Shown piece after piece: positions 1-7,963 of a DNA stretch of 64,000 bases (positions are counted from its first letter, which is position 1; every line of letters starts with the position of its first letter). The stretch lies in the IMG/VR virus record IMGVR_UViG_3300045988_147522; one strand, written 5' to 3'. The position numbers and the translations under genes were made by a program. The DNA comes from a virus. The notes beneath the pieces are model-generated. The model saw nothing but the letters and a program-made list of their open reading frames with translations, was not told the origin of the DNA and did not search any database.

Positions 1-216
1 CATCAAGATATCAATATTAAAGAATTGTCTCTGGAACTTTGCAACGATATCCACACTAATTTAGAAGAATGGGCACATTGGACAGCAGAATATGATTATA
101 ACGGTTCTGTCGATTCCGATCATTTCAATCAGTATAAGAAGAGATTATGTTATGATGTTTTTAACCTATTAGACATCTTGAATAACAAAGATGATGTAAC
201 TGAGATTGTTTGTTGA
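1..216 (+). CDS. hypothetical protein, 5' end outside window
   Basis: Frame 1 is open from base 1 to the stop at 214-216. The listed ORF starts at an internal TTG. Confidence 0.4.
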   Translation, partial: HQDINIKELSLELCNDIHTNLEEWAHWTAEYDYNGSVDSDHFNQYKKRLCYDVFNLLDILNNKDDVTEIVC

Positions 217-235
217 AGAAGGTGAAAATACAACA

Positions 236-439
236 ATGAAAATCATCAAACAAGGTAAATCTGAGTTGCAAATCAAACCATCAAAACCAAATACAATATC
301 CTGTTCAGAATGTGGATGTGTATTTCAATATTGCGATTATGACATACATTATGCCACAAGCATAAGTCACGACTGGGAGTGCTGGGAGGAATGGCTTGTT
401 TGTCCTTGGTGTAACATAGAAATTTATGGAATTTTTTAA
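236..439 (+). CDS. small Zn-ribbon protein, paralog A
   Basis: ATG at 236 follows GAAGGTG. Has CxxC...CPWC cysteine pairs. N-terminus MKIIKQG resembles the ORFs at 701 and 952. Confidence 0.55.
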   Translation: MKIIKQGKSELQIKPSKPNTISCSECGCVFQYCDYDIHYATSISHDWECWEEWLVCPWCNIEIYGIF

Positions 440-516
440 TGTGGACATGAAATTCAAGAATATTTTTAAAAGAAAGATTTTAATATGTTGCAAATGCAAC
501 GAAAGGAAAGGTCGTA

Positions 517-699
517 ATGACACACAAGAGACTTAGAAAGCTTTTACAAGCAACAGGTATACAAAGAAACAATGTAGAAGATGTTATTCGCAAATACCGA
601 GAAGATTATTTTTATACAACAAATGAAGATGTTTACAATCGCTATTGTGTGCGTGAACTGTTTAGTGTGGTAGTTGAATTTGCAAACAGGAGCGAATGA
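517..699 (+). CDS. hypothetical protein
   Basis: 60-aa ORF co-oriented in the early operon; no motif recognised. Confidence 0.4.
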   Translation: MTHKRLRKLLQATGIQRNNVEDVIRKYREDYFYTTNEDVYNRYCVRELFSVVVEFANRSE

Positions 700-700
700 A

Positions 701-889
701 ATGATTCAAATTATTAGACAAGGTAATTTAAAAGAACCTGTATTTAGATTTGTTTGTCGCAATTGCGGGTGTGTATTTGAAGCCGACAGAGAAAGCTATA
801 AACAATGTTTTACATCATATAATACATTTATTTTTTCGGCAAATTGTCCTTGTTGTAAAACTAATGTGAGCTATGAAGAATCATTGTAA
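701..889 (+). CDS. small Zn-ribbon protein, paralog B
   Basis: AGGAG lies 8 nt before the ATG at 701. Sequence MIQIIRQG...CRNCGCVF...CPCC. Confidence 0.6.
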   Translation: MIQIIRQGNLKEPVFRFVCRNCGCVFEADRESYKQCFTSYNTFIFSANCPCCKTNVSYEESL

Positions 890-951
890 CAGATAGGAGA
901 TATATGACACAGAAGGAGTATGACAATGATAATAATGGCAAGGAGTATTAA

Positions 952-1152
952 ATGATTCAAGTTCTCAGAGAAGGCGATCTTAAATCACCAATAATTAGAT
1001 TTAATTGTCTTAGATGTAAGTGTGTTTTTGACGCAGATAAGGATGACTACAAACTGATAGCAACTTCAGGTGGCTTAGCATGTATAACAGATTGTCCGCA
1101 TTGTCACAAAAGAGTGGCTCATATGATGACAACAGATAGGAGATATATATGA
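952..1152 (+). CDS. small Zn-ribbon protein, paralog C
   Basis: Sequence MIQVLREG...CLRCKCVF...CPHC, clearly similar to the ORF at 701..889. Confidence 0.6.
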   Translation: MIQVLREGDLKSPIIRFNCLRCKCVFDADKDDYKLIATSGGLACITDCPHCHKRVAHMMTTDRRYI

Positions 1153-1529
1153 TTTACTATTTAACAGATAGAACTCTTGCAAGAGCAATTAAGCGTTGCA
1201 GTAATGAAAATTACAACTACCTTATTGTCCTTAAAGATAACAAAGATTTTGACGACATGTCTGTTTCGATTCTCGAACAGGCGATTATGAGCGATACATA
1301 CTGGGGCACTTCGTCATATTTAACCTATGACCATATTTCTTTTCAAACAGGCACAATCACCATCTATAAAGATTCGTTAATTACAAACGATTTTAGGGGC
1401 GTTTATGACGAAATACTCGTTGACGAATTGGTAGAAAATAGCAAATGGGAAATCCTTGCCAAGCATACAAATAGTCACGGTTCATATAAGGAAAAGTATA
1501 AGTCAAAGGAGGAGTTCAGTTTTGCATAA
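1149..1529 (+). CDS. hypothetical protein
   Basis: 126-aa ORF whose start overlaps the preceding stop (ATGA). Confidence 0.5.
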   Translation: MIYYLTDRTLARAIKRCSNENYNYLIVLKDNKDFDDMSVSILEQAIMSDTYWGTSSYLTYDHISFQTGTITIYKDSLITNDFRGVYDEILVDELVENSKWEILAKHTNSHGSYKEKYKSKEEFSFA

Positions 1530-1764
1530 GGATATTGATTATGAGTCCTTACTTCGTTTTGTACAGGACAACCCTAACGCCGGTATATCACTGACAATAT
1601 CAGAGAATGAATTTGACCAAGTAATTGAAACTATTATATCGGCATTGATTACCAATGAAACACCACCAACACAATTAGTTAGTTATTTGGAATATAGAAC
1701 TCATCATATCTACATTGAATTTGTCAACGAAGCAACGCTTAAAATAAACACAATTGAGGGGTGA
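1522..1764 (+). CDS. hypothetical protein
   Basis: TTG start 8 nt after AAGGAGG. The longer listed ORF (from 1456) overlaps the previous gene. Confidence 0.4.
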   Translation: MHKDIDYESLLRFVQDNPNAGISLTISENEFDQVIETIISALITNETPPTQLVSYLEYRTHHIYIEFVNEATLKINTIEG

Positions 1765-1768
1765 TAAA

Positions 1769-2119
1769 ATGAAAAGAAAACCTATCCCTCAACCAGTAAG
1801 ATTTAAAGTATATGAAAAATACAACGGACATTGTGCATATTGTGGTTGTGAACTTGAACTAAAGGATATGCAAGTTGACCATATTGAAAGTATTTATTGG
1901 TATAACGGTGCAAATGATATTGAAAACTACAATCCTGCTTGCAGAATGTGTAATTTTTATAAATCAACAATGCCTATTGAAGATTTTAGAGGACAGTTAG
2001 GCAAACTCACTTCAAGACTCGAAAAGACTTTTATTTATCGTTTAGCGAAAAAATATGGTTTAATTCAGGAAGTTGAAAAGCCTGTGAAATTTTATTTTGA
2101 AAAGGAGAACAACCAATGA
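1769..2119 (+). CDS. HNH endonuclease
   Basis: Motifs CAYCGC...DHIESI...NYNPACRMCN (HNH with zinc-binding cysteines). Confidence 0.8.
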   Translation: MKRKPIPQPVRFKVYEKYNGHCAYCGCELELKDMQVDHIESIYWYNGANDIENYNPACRMCNFYKSTMPIEDFRGQLGKLTSRLEKTFIYRLAKKYGLIQEVEKPVKFYFEKENNQ

Positions 2120-2346
2120 ACGACTATAAAACCAGACTTTTATCCGAGCACAAAGAAGTCGTAGATAAAATCAATAAACTGAGGGTATTTCTTAATAAAT
2201 GGGACAACGGACAACTTTCGTTTATCCCAAGGCTCTCAAGGGCAAACTATTCAAAAACACTTGAAGCAATGTGTAATTACAAGATGCTTCTTGAAAGTAG
2301 AATGCTGATGGACAAAATATCCTTTAAGGAGGTCGAAAATGTTTAA
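2116..2346 (+). CDS. small helical protein, paralog of 12175..12447
   Basis: Shares the pattern L..W(D)(N/K)..L.F.P...R..Y......M..Y...LE.R with the minus-strand ORF 12175..12447. Confidence 0.55.
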   Translation: MNDYKTRLLSEHKEVVDKINKLRVFLNKWDNGQLSFIPRLSRANYSKTLEAMCNYKMLLESRMLMDKISFKEVENV

Positions 2347-2698
2347 ATTTAAGCCATACATAACGGTTATTGGGGAAAACGGTTTAACGGTAGATTTTGA
2401 GTTGTCACAACTCGGCACCTTTATGGTAAACAATATTGATATTGATAACGGGTTAGTTTGGTGTAATGAAGTTTATATTGAAACTAAGGCGATTGATTTA
2501 TCAGTTCTCGAACGCAGAAGTTCTCGTTTTAAGTTATTTGCTAACACTGTTACACAGATTATTCTTCATCCTTATAGAGCAAAAAGCAAATCTCTAATCT
2601 TACATTTAGACATCGATGCCAGAGTTATACATAATAAAGACACGAACACAATTATTATTTCAAACTTATCAGATACAAAGGAGGTGGAGAATGGGTAA
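2339..2698 (+). CDS. hypothetical protein
   Basis: 119-aa ORF, start coupled to the preceding stop. Confidence 0.45.
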   Translation: MFKFKPYITVIGENGLTVDFELSQLGTFMVNNIDIDNGLVWCNEVYIETKAIDLSVLERRSSRFKLFANTVTQIILHPYRAKSKSLILHLDIDARVIHNKDTNTIIISNLSDTKEVENG

Positions 2699-3359
2699 AA
2701 TCACAATCTTACCAGAAACAACCATTGATCCAATTTCGTTAATGGGTAGACGAGCAGGTATATGTTGGGGAAAAGATATTACAGACAGCGAAAAAAACTA
2801 CAAACGAGGTCTTGATTGTATTAAATCCAATCACGGTAGAGTGTTTGAATTTGTAAATATTGAAGCAATTATTGAAGGTTACTCAGCAAGAGTAATTAGG
2901 GAATGGTATACACATATTGGCGGCAGTCCTACACGACTTCAAAGTAGCACAAGATATGTCAACTACGATAACTTTGAATACATAGTCCCCAAAACAGTAC
3001 AAACCGAAGAACAGAAAACTTGGTACAACAACGCTATTAACACTATCAGCCAAACACTTAAGAATCTTGAAGAAAGTGGTGTCAAGAGAGAGGATGCTGC
3101 AATGTTACTCCCGTTGGGTATGATTACTAAAATTGTAGATAAGCGAAATGTTAGAAGTGTTATCAGTATGGCAGAACAGAGAATGTGTTCGAGAGCGTAT
3201 TGGGAATATAGAGAACTCTTTAATGAATACATAAAGCAGTTAAGACTCTATTCAGAAGAGTGGGTAACACTAATTCCTATGGTTATGAAGCCAAAATGTG
3301 AGACACTTGGATATTGCCCTGAGAAATACAGTTGTGGAAGAAAACTACAGAAGAAGTGA
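2691..3359 (+). CDS. thyX: flavin-dependent thymidylate synthase (ThyX-like)
   Basis: AAGGAGG before the ATG at 2691. Has SARVIREWYTHIGGSPTRLQSSTRY (divergent RHR...S..RY ThyX motif) and AEQRMCSRAYWEYRELF. Confidence 0.65.
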   Translation: MGKITILPETTIDPISLMGRRAGICWGKDITDSEKNYKRGLDCIKSNHGRVFEFVNIEAIIEGYSARVIREWYTHIGGSPTRLQSSTRYVNYDNFEYIVPKTVQTEEQKTWYNNAINTISQTLKNLEESGVKREDAAMLLPLGMITKIVDKRNVRSVISMAEQRMCSRAYWEYRELFNEYIKQLRLYSEEWVTLIPMVMKPKCETLGYCPEKYSCGRKLQKK

Positions 3360-3432
3360 TAAATTGTGGGGAGCAAATATATCCTACTTAATAGTAATCT
3401 GTTCCCCAATACATTAATAAAGGAGAGATTAT

Positions 3433-4044
3433 TTGAAAGATTGGACAGGAAATAGTAAAAGTGTTCATTCCGTTTTAGGAGCTTCTAACCACTCTCTTAA
3501 AGAGAGGGGAACAAATGATTATTATGCCACAGAACCTAAAGCTGCTGAACTTCTACTTGAAGTAGAAGATTTCGCTCTTGATATTTGGGAATGTGCTTGT
3601 GGAGAATGCTATTTGTCTAAAGTATTTGAGGCTCACGGTTATAATGTTAAGTCAACAGATTTGATTTACCGTGACGGAGGAATGTCTGAAACATTCGATT
3701 TTTTAGCAGAGTCAAAACCTAATTCGTGGAACGGCAGTATTGTTACAAACCCACCTTATAAATATGCTTATGAATTTGTAGAAAAAGCGTTAGATACAGT
3801 TACCGAAGGCAACAAAGTGGCAATGTTTCTTAAACTGCAATTTCTTGAGGGCAAAAAAAAACGAAGAAAATTATTTGACAGCAATCCGCCACAAACAGTT
3901 TATGTATCGAGTTCAAGACTTTTGTGTGCCAAAAATGGAGAATTTGATAAAATGCGAGCAGATGGTGGTAGTGCCGTAGCTTATGCTTGGTATGTGTGGC
4001 AAAAAGGGTATAAAGGAAACACAATTGTTAAGTGGATTAATTGA
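3433..4044 (+). CDS. N6-adenine DNA methyltransferase
   Basis: IWECACGEC (SAM-binding motif I-like) and IVTNPPYKY (motif IV NPPY). Confidence 0.75.
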   Translation: MKDWTGNSKSVHSVLGASNHSLKERGTNDYYATEPKAAELLLEVEDFALDIWECACGECYLSKVFEAHGYNVKSTDLIYRDGGMSETFDFLAESKPNSWNGSIVTNPPYKYAYEFVEKALDTVTEGNKVAMFLKLQFLEGKKKRRKLFDSNPPQTVYVSSSRLLCAKNGEFDKMRADGGSAVAYAWYVWQKGYKGNTIVKWIN

Positions 4045-4054
4045 GGAGAATGAT

Positions 4055-4252
4055 ATGCGAATTATTGTTGATATGATAACAATTATAGTGCTACTGGTAT
4101 GTGTAGCACTTAACATAGGTGCTACTGTTTACGAACATAAAACTATATATCCAAACAAAAAAGCATTACAAAACATTTATTGGTACACATACCTTATTGT
4201 ACTCGTAGATCTTGGTATTATGTGGGGTGCGCAGATAGGAAGTCATTTTTAA
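4055..4252 (+). CDS. small membrane protein
   Basis: GAGGAG before the ATG at 4055; two hydrophobic helices. Confidence 0.45.
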   Translation: MRIIVDMITIIVLLVCVALNIGATVYEHKTIYPNKKALQNIYWYTYLIVLVDLGIMWGAQIGSHF

Positions 4253-4262
4253 GGAGGTATAT

Positions 4263-4535
4263 ATGAAATACATCAAAAAAGCAATACCAATTGAAGCCTT
4301 CCAGTATAAAGGCGATTTTATTGAAAATGGGGAATATTGTATTCCTGAATGGGCGATTAAAGCGTATGAAGATGGCTTGCTTTATTATAAAGATGAAGGA
4401 GATTTATATATCCATACGCTTGAAGGTGAAATGAAATGCAGTTTTAACAGCTACATAGTTCAGGGTGTAAGAGGTGAGATTTTTCCTTGTAGACAGAACA
4501 TTTTTGAGAAAAGATATATGAAGGTGGAAGAATGA
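4263..4535 (+). CDS. hypothetical protein
   Basis: AAGGAGG before the ATG; 90-aa ORF. Confidence 0.5.
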   Translation: MKYIKKAIPIEAFQYKGDFIENGEYCIPEWAIKAYEDGLLYYKDEGDLYIHTLEGEMKCSFNSYIVQGVRGEIFPCRQNIFEKRYMKVEE

Positions 4536-4777
4536 AGAAAAGAATATCTGCTTGTGTTGTAATTATTATTATGATTTCGGTATTATTTAGTGGTTGTGCA
4601 TCTATCAAAGCATCAATTAAAACCAGCGATATGTTTGAATACATAGGGTATAGTCCAGAAGCCAACTCTGAAATTGTCTATGATACAGAAACTAAAGTTA
4701 TGTACGCTGTTCTTAGTAACAGATGTATGACTTTGCTCGTTGATGAAAACGGTAAGCCAAAACTTTGGAAAGAATAA
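4532..4777 (+). CDS. putative lipoprotein
   Basis: Signal peptide with lipobox: MKKRISACVVIIIMISVLFSGC. Confidence 0.6.
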   Translation: MKKRISACVVIIIMISVLFSGCASIKASIKTSDMFEYIGYSPEANSEIVYDTETKVMYAVLSNRCMTLLVDENGKPKLWKE

Positions 4778-4810
4778 AATTTAGGATTTAAAAGGAAAGA
4801 GGTGAAATAT

Positions 4811-5503
4811 ATGTTTTACATTACTGGTGATTTACATGGTGAATATGACATACATAAACTGAGTTCTAAACGATTTCCAATGGGCAACAATCTAACACGA
4901 GATGATTACCTAATTATTTGTGGTGACTTTGGTTTAGTATGGAACAATGGAAATTCTGAAGTGTATTGGCGAGATTGGCTTAATAATAAACCGTGGACAA
5001 CCTTGTTTGTAGATGGTAACCACGAAAAATTCCCTTTGCTGAATCATTATCCTATAACTACAAAGTGGGGTGGAAAAGTGCATCAGATTGAAGATAATAT
5101 TTATCATCTAATGCGTGGACAAGTATTTGAAATTGATAGCAAAACATTTTTTACAATGGGCGGTGCATCGAGCCACGATATACAGTATCGCACAAAGAAT
5201 GTTGATTGGTGGGAAGAAGAACTACCCAATGAAGCTGAAATGCAGGAAGGGTTGGCAAATCTTGATAAGTATAACTGGAAGGTAGACTGTGTAATTACGC
5301 ACTGTGCTCCAACCGAATTTATCGCCAGTTGTATCAATATGAGGTACAGTCCAGACACTTTAACCGAATACCTACAGCACATTGATGACAAGTTGGATTA
5401 TAAACATTGGTATATGGGACATTATCACCTTGATGTTGCATTTGGTTCGGATTCAGAAAAGCAAAAGCATATTTTGTATAACTATGTGGATATGATTGAT
5501 TAA
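4811..5503 (+). CDS. metallophosphatase (Ser/Thr phosphatase-like)
   Basis: Motifs GDLHGE, GDFG and GNHE. The ATG at 4811 follows AGAGGTG. Confidence 0.75.
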   Translation: MFYITGDLHGEYDIHKLSSKRFPMGNNLTRDDYLIICGDFGLVWNNGNSEVYWRDWLNNKPWTTLFVDGNHEKFPLLNHYPITTKWGGKVHQIEDNIYHLMRGQVFEIDSKTFFTMGGASSHDIQYRTKNVDWWEEELPNEAEMQEGLANLDKYNWKVDCVITHCAPTEFIASCINMRYSPDTLTEYLQHIDDKLDYKHWYMGHYHLDVAFGSDSEKQKHILYNYVDMID

Positions 5504-5524
5504 TATAGAAAGGACGACAAATAT

Positions 5525-5674
5525 ATGGGAATAGTAGTTTACCTTATATCGCTTTATTTATTAAACGCAAATGGGACTATAGCACCTGAATCATATTTGT
5601 TTTCAGTATGGTGCTTTACTATTGTAGGTGTGATAGTAGATATAATTTTCAGCAGTTTTAAGAGTCTTGAATAA
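5525..5674 (+). CDS. small membrane protein (49 aa, below the ORF-track cutoff)
   Basis: AAAGGA precedes the ATG at 5525. My own translation is MGIVVYLISLYLL...IVGVIVDIIFSSFKSLE, which fills the gap before dut. Confidence 0.35.
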   Translation: MGIVVYLISLYLLNANGTIAPESYLFSVWCFTIVGVIVDIIFSSFKSLE

Positions 5675-5697
5675 AAAATAATTAAGGAGAATTAAAT

Positions 5698-6123
5698 ATG
5701 GAAATTAAAATTAAATACTTTACAGACATCGAAAAGATTAAACAAATTCCAAACGGAGATTGGGTTGACTTAAGGTCGGCTATTGATATTACACTCAAAA
5801 AGGGTGAGTTTACTATTATTCCACTCGGAGTAGGAATGAAGTTGCCGTTTGGCTACGAGGCTCACATTGTACCAAGAAGTAGCACTTACAAGAATTATGG
5901 CATTATTCAGACAAATCACATGGGAGTAATTGACAACTCCTATTCGGGCGATAACGACCAATGGGGTATGCCCGTAATTGCAATGAGAGATACAACCATA
6001 CATAAAAACGATAGGATTTGTCAGTTTCGCATCACACAGAAACAGCCTGATTTTGAGTTTACAGAAGTAGAATGTCTTGACACAAAAAGCCGTGGTGGCT
6101 TTGGCTCAACAGGCAAGCAGTAA
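5698..6123 (+). CDS. dut: dUTPase
   Basis: [14 protein letters not shown] (motif III) and the C-terminal RGGFGSTG (motif V). Confidence 0.85.
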   Translation: MEIKIKYFTDIEKIKQIPNGDWVDLRSAIDITLKKGEFTIIPLGVGMKLPFGYEAHIVPRSSTYKNYGIIQTNHMGVIDNSYSGDNDQWGMPVIAMRDTTIHKNDRICQFRITQKQPDFEFTEVECLDTKSRGGFGSTGKQ

Positions 6124-6135
6124 GGAGGAATAACT

Positions 6136-6492
6136 GTGATTACATATAATGATTTTGAAAGATATCTTGCCAAAATTCAAAGAATCCATGAACTTGAAGA
6201 TAAGATTTTGAATCTTGGTGACGAGTATAGTGATTTGGTTTTAGAGTATGTGTCGCCATTTGCATATCATGGCGTAACTATGGAAGATGAACTTATTGAC
6301 TGTCTCGAAAAAGGTTTAAACCTTAAGCCTGATGAATACGGTGACACTTGGGTATCATATTGGGTTTGGGAGACAGATTGTGGTCAAAGAAATACAATTG
6401 TAGAAATTGACAATAAAGAAGTAAGCATTGCAGAAATTGCTAACTTGTGGAAAGTTATCGAATGGGAAAAGTCGGGAGAATTGAATGAATAA
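6136..6492 (+). CDS. hypothetical protein
   Basis: GTG start after AAGGAGG; 118 aa. Confidence 0.5.
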   Translation: MITYNDFERYLAKIQRIHELEDKILNLGDEYSDLVLEYVSPFAYHGVTMEDELIDCLEKGLNLKPDEYGDTWVSYWVWETDCGQRNTIVEIDNKEVSIAEIANLWKVIEWEKSGELNE

Positions 6493-7102
6493 ACAAACGA
6501 TTGTAGTTAATCTTTATGGTCAGCCTTCCTGTGGTAAATCCACAGGGGCTGCTTATATATTTAGTCAGTTGAAAATGAGGGGTATTGACACGGAACTTGT
6601 AACCGAAACGGCTAAAGATATAGTATGGGAGCATAATGATACTGCCTTAACTAACCAATTATATATACTTGGCTTACACTCACAAAGATTTTGGAGACTG
6701 AGAAATCAGGTTAGAGTAATTGTAACTGACTCACCAATCCTGTTGACCGAAATTTATAACGCATTTGAAAAGTGTGGTTTTTACCCCTCAAAATCCATTG
6801 AAAAGTGTGTAAATGATACCGCCGAAGCGTTTAGTTCTCTCTTTGATAACTTAAATTTCTTTGTTAAGTCTGCTAAAAAATATAATCCAAATGGTAGATT
6901 ACAAACCGAAATTGAAGCAAATAATATAGGTACACGAATTGAATCAATGCTAATTGACAAGAATATCCCATATGAAATTATCAAAGGTAACCAAAAGGGG
7001 TACGATAAAGCCGTACAACTAATTGTGGATTACATTGACCGAGAGGACAAAATGGATGCTATTAAAGAGGATAGAGAAAGGAACGGATTGAATGTTGTTT
7101 GA
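6485..7102 (+). CDS. P-loop ATPase/kinase-like protein
   Basis: Walker A GQPSCGKST and Walker B-like VIVTDSP. Confidence 0.65.
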   Translation: MNKQTIVVNLYGQPSCGKSTGAAYIFSQLKMRGIDTELVTETAKDIVWEHNDTALTNQLYILGLHSQRFWRLRNQVRVIVTDSPILLTEIYNAFEKCGFYPSKSIEKCVNDTAEAFSSLFDNLNFFVKSAKKYNPNGRLQTEIEANNIGTRIESMLIDKNIPYEIIKGNQKGYDKAVQLIVDYIDREDKMDAIKEDRERNGLNVV

Positions 7103-7259
7103 GGTTTATAAAGACGGACAAGGCAAATTTATGTGTAGTGATACAAGCTGTTTGCCAACAGAAAATCAGCTTAAAAGCATGAACAAAAATGGGTATGAAT
7201 TTAAGTTGAACGGTAAGAAAGCAACGCTAAAAAGTGTATTGAAATTAATTGGAAAGTAA
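7092..7259 (+). CDS. small hypothetical protein (55 aa)
   Basis: ATG at 7092 overlaps the preceding stop. My own translation is MLFEVYKDGQGKFMCSDTSC... Confidence 0.3.
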   Translation: MLFEVYKDGQGKFMCSDTSCLPTENQLKSMNKNGYEFKLNGKKATLKSVLKLIGK

Positions 7260-7302
7260 ATAGAGATAATAACAATTTAATATTAGTTAGGTAGGTGTTC
7301 AT

Positions 7303-7500
7303 ATGAAACCAATGCTTACTCCAAAGGATATTATGGAAATTTTTGGTGTCAGTAAAAACACTGCGTATAAAATGGTTAGACAAAAAGGCTTTCCTTCGAT
7401 TAAGGTGGGGAATAGGTATGTTGTTAGAGAAAGTTCCCTTGAGAAATGGATTGAAACGAACGAAGGTCGAGAATTTATTTTACTTGAAAGAAAAATTTGA
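7303..7500 (+). CDS. xis: excisionase-family HTH DNA-binding protein
   Basis: Sequence LTPKDIMEIFGVSKNTAYKMVRQKGFPSIKVGNRYVVRESSLEKWI, typical of the excisionase/MerR-type HTH. Adjacent to attP and int. Confidence 0.7.
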   Translation: MKPMLTPKDIMEIFGVSKNTAYKMVRQKGFPSIKVGNRYVVRESSLEKWIETNEGREFILLERKI

Positions 7501-7539
7501 AATTACAAAAAATTTTACCATAAATTTTTTCAAAAACTC

Positions 7540-7568
7540 TTGACTTTATTCGCTCCATCCGTTATAAT
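7540..7568 (+). promoter_or_regulatory. sigma-70-type promoter
   Basis: TTGACT, a 17-nt spacer, then TATAAT. Confidence 0.5.
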
Positions 7569-7610
7569 AGTCACTGTTGAGTTGAGAACAGACAACATTT
7601 TCAAAGTCAC

Positions 7611-7633
7611 AACTGTTGTCAAACTGTTGTCAA
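7611..7633 (+). repeat. attP arm repeats (two tandem AACTGTTGTCAA)
   Basis: Two abutting direct copies. The same 11-12-mer recurs at 7886-7910 and inverted at 7925-7935. Confidence 0.55.
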
Positions 7634-7666
7634 ATTCAAATTTTGAATTCAAAAAATGTAGTGTTT

Positions 7667-7741
7667 AAGCCAAAAGTAGACACTTCGACTAACTGCCTTC
7701 TAAGCAGTAGGTCAGGGGTTCGAGTCCCTTTTGGCGCGCCA
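7667..7741 (+). other. attP core: tRNA-Arg(UCU)-like segment with an intact 3' two-thirds
   Basis: Anticodon arm ACTGC-CTTCTAA-GCAGT (anticodon TCT). T arm AGGGG-TTCGAGT-CCCTT. 3' acceptor TTGGCGC, then G, then CCA, ending at 7741. The 5' acceptor pairs at only 5 of 7 positions and there is no canonical D arm. Confidence 0.55.
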
Positions 7742-7754
7742 ACCTAACAAATTA

Positions 7755-7809
7755 GAAAACCCTTGAAAAGTGGCTTAAATAGTGGCTTTTTGAGGGTTTT
7801 CTTGTTTTT
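7755..7809 (+). terminator. hairpin plus T-run directly after the tRNA-like 3' end
   Basis: GAAAACCCT..AAAAG / CTTTT..AGGGTTTTC followed by TTGTTTTTG. After integration this would terminate a reconstituted tRNA. Confidence 0.45.
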
Positions 7810-7885
7810 GTCATTATACATAGCCTCGTTCACAGCGTGGCAAAACCTACTTGTTTTACCAAGTAGTACCAAGTAATACCAAATA

Positions 7886-7935
7886 AACTGTTGTCAAAAC
7901 TGTTGTCAAAGTTTCAAAATTCTCTGACAACAGTT
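7886..7935 (+). repeat. attP arm repeats (P' side)
   Basis: AACTGTTGTCAAA twice in tandem (7886-7910) and an inverted copy TGACAACAGTT (7925-7935). TACCAAGTA direct repeats lie just upstream (about 7855-7885). Confidence 0.55.
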
Positions 7936-7963
7936 TTCAAAACACAAAATCGGAGGTCAATTT

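Noticed and set aside
7667-7741. A complete, functional phage-encoded tRNA-Arg gene.
   Set aside because: Only the anticodon arm, T arm, 3' acceptor strand and CCA are canonical. The 5' acceptor strand pairs at 5 of 7 positions, U8 is absent and no D arm with GG can be drawn. The position between arm repeats next to int fits an attP core better.
7611-7935. The ACTGTTGTCAA repeats as a CRISPR-like array or iterons of an origin.
   Set aside because: There are only five copies, abutting or irregularly spaced, without uniform spacers. They flank a tRNA-like core next to int and xis, the classical arm-site arrangement.
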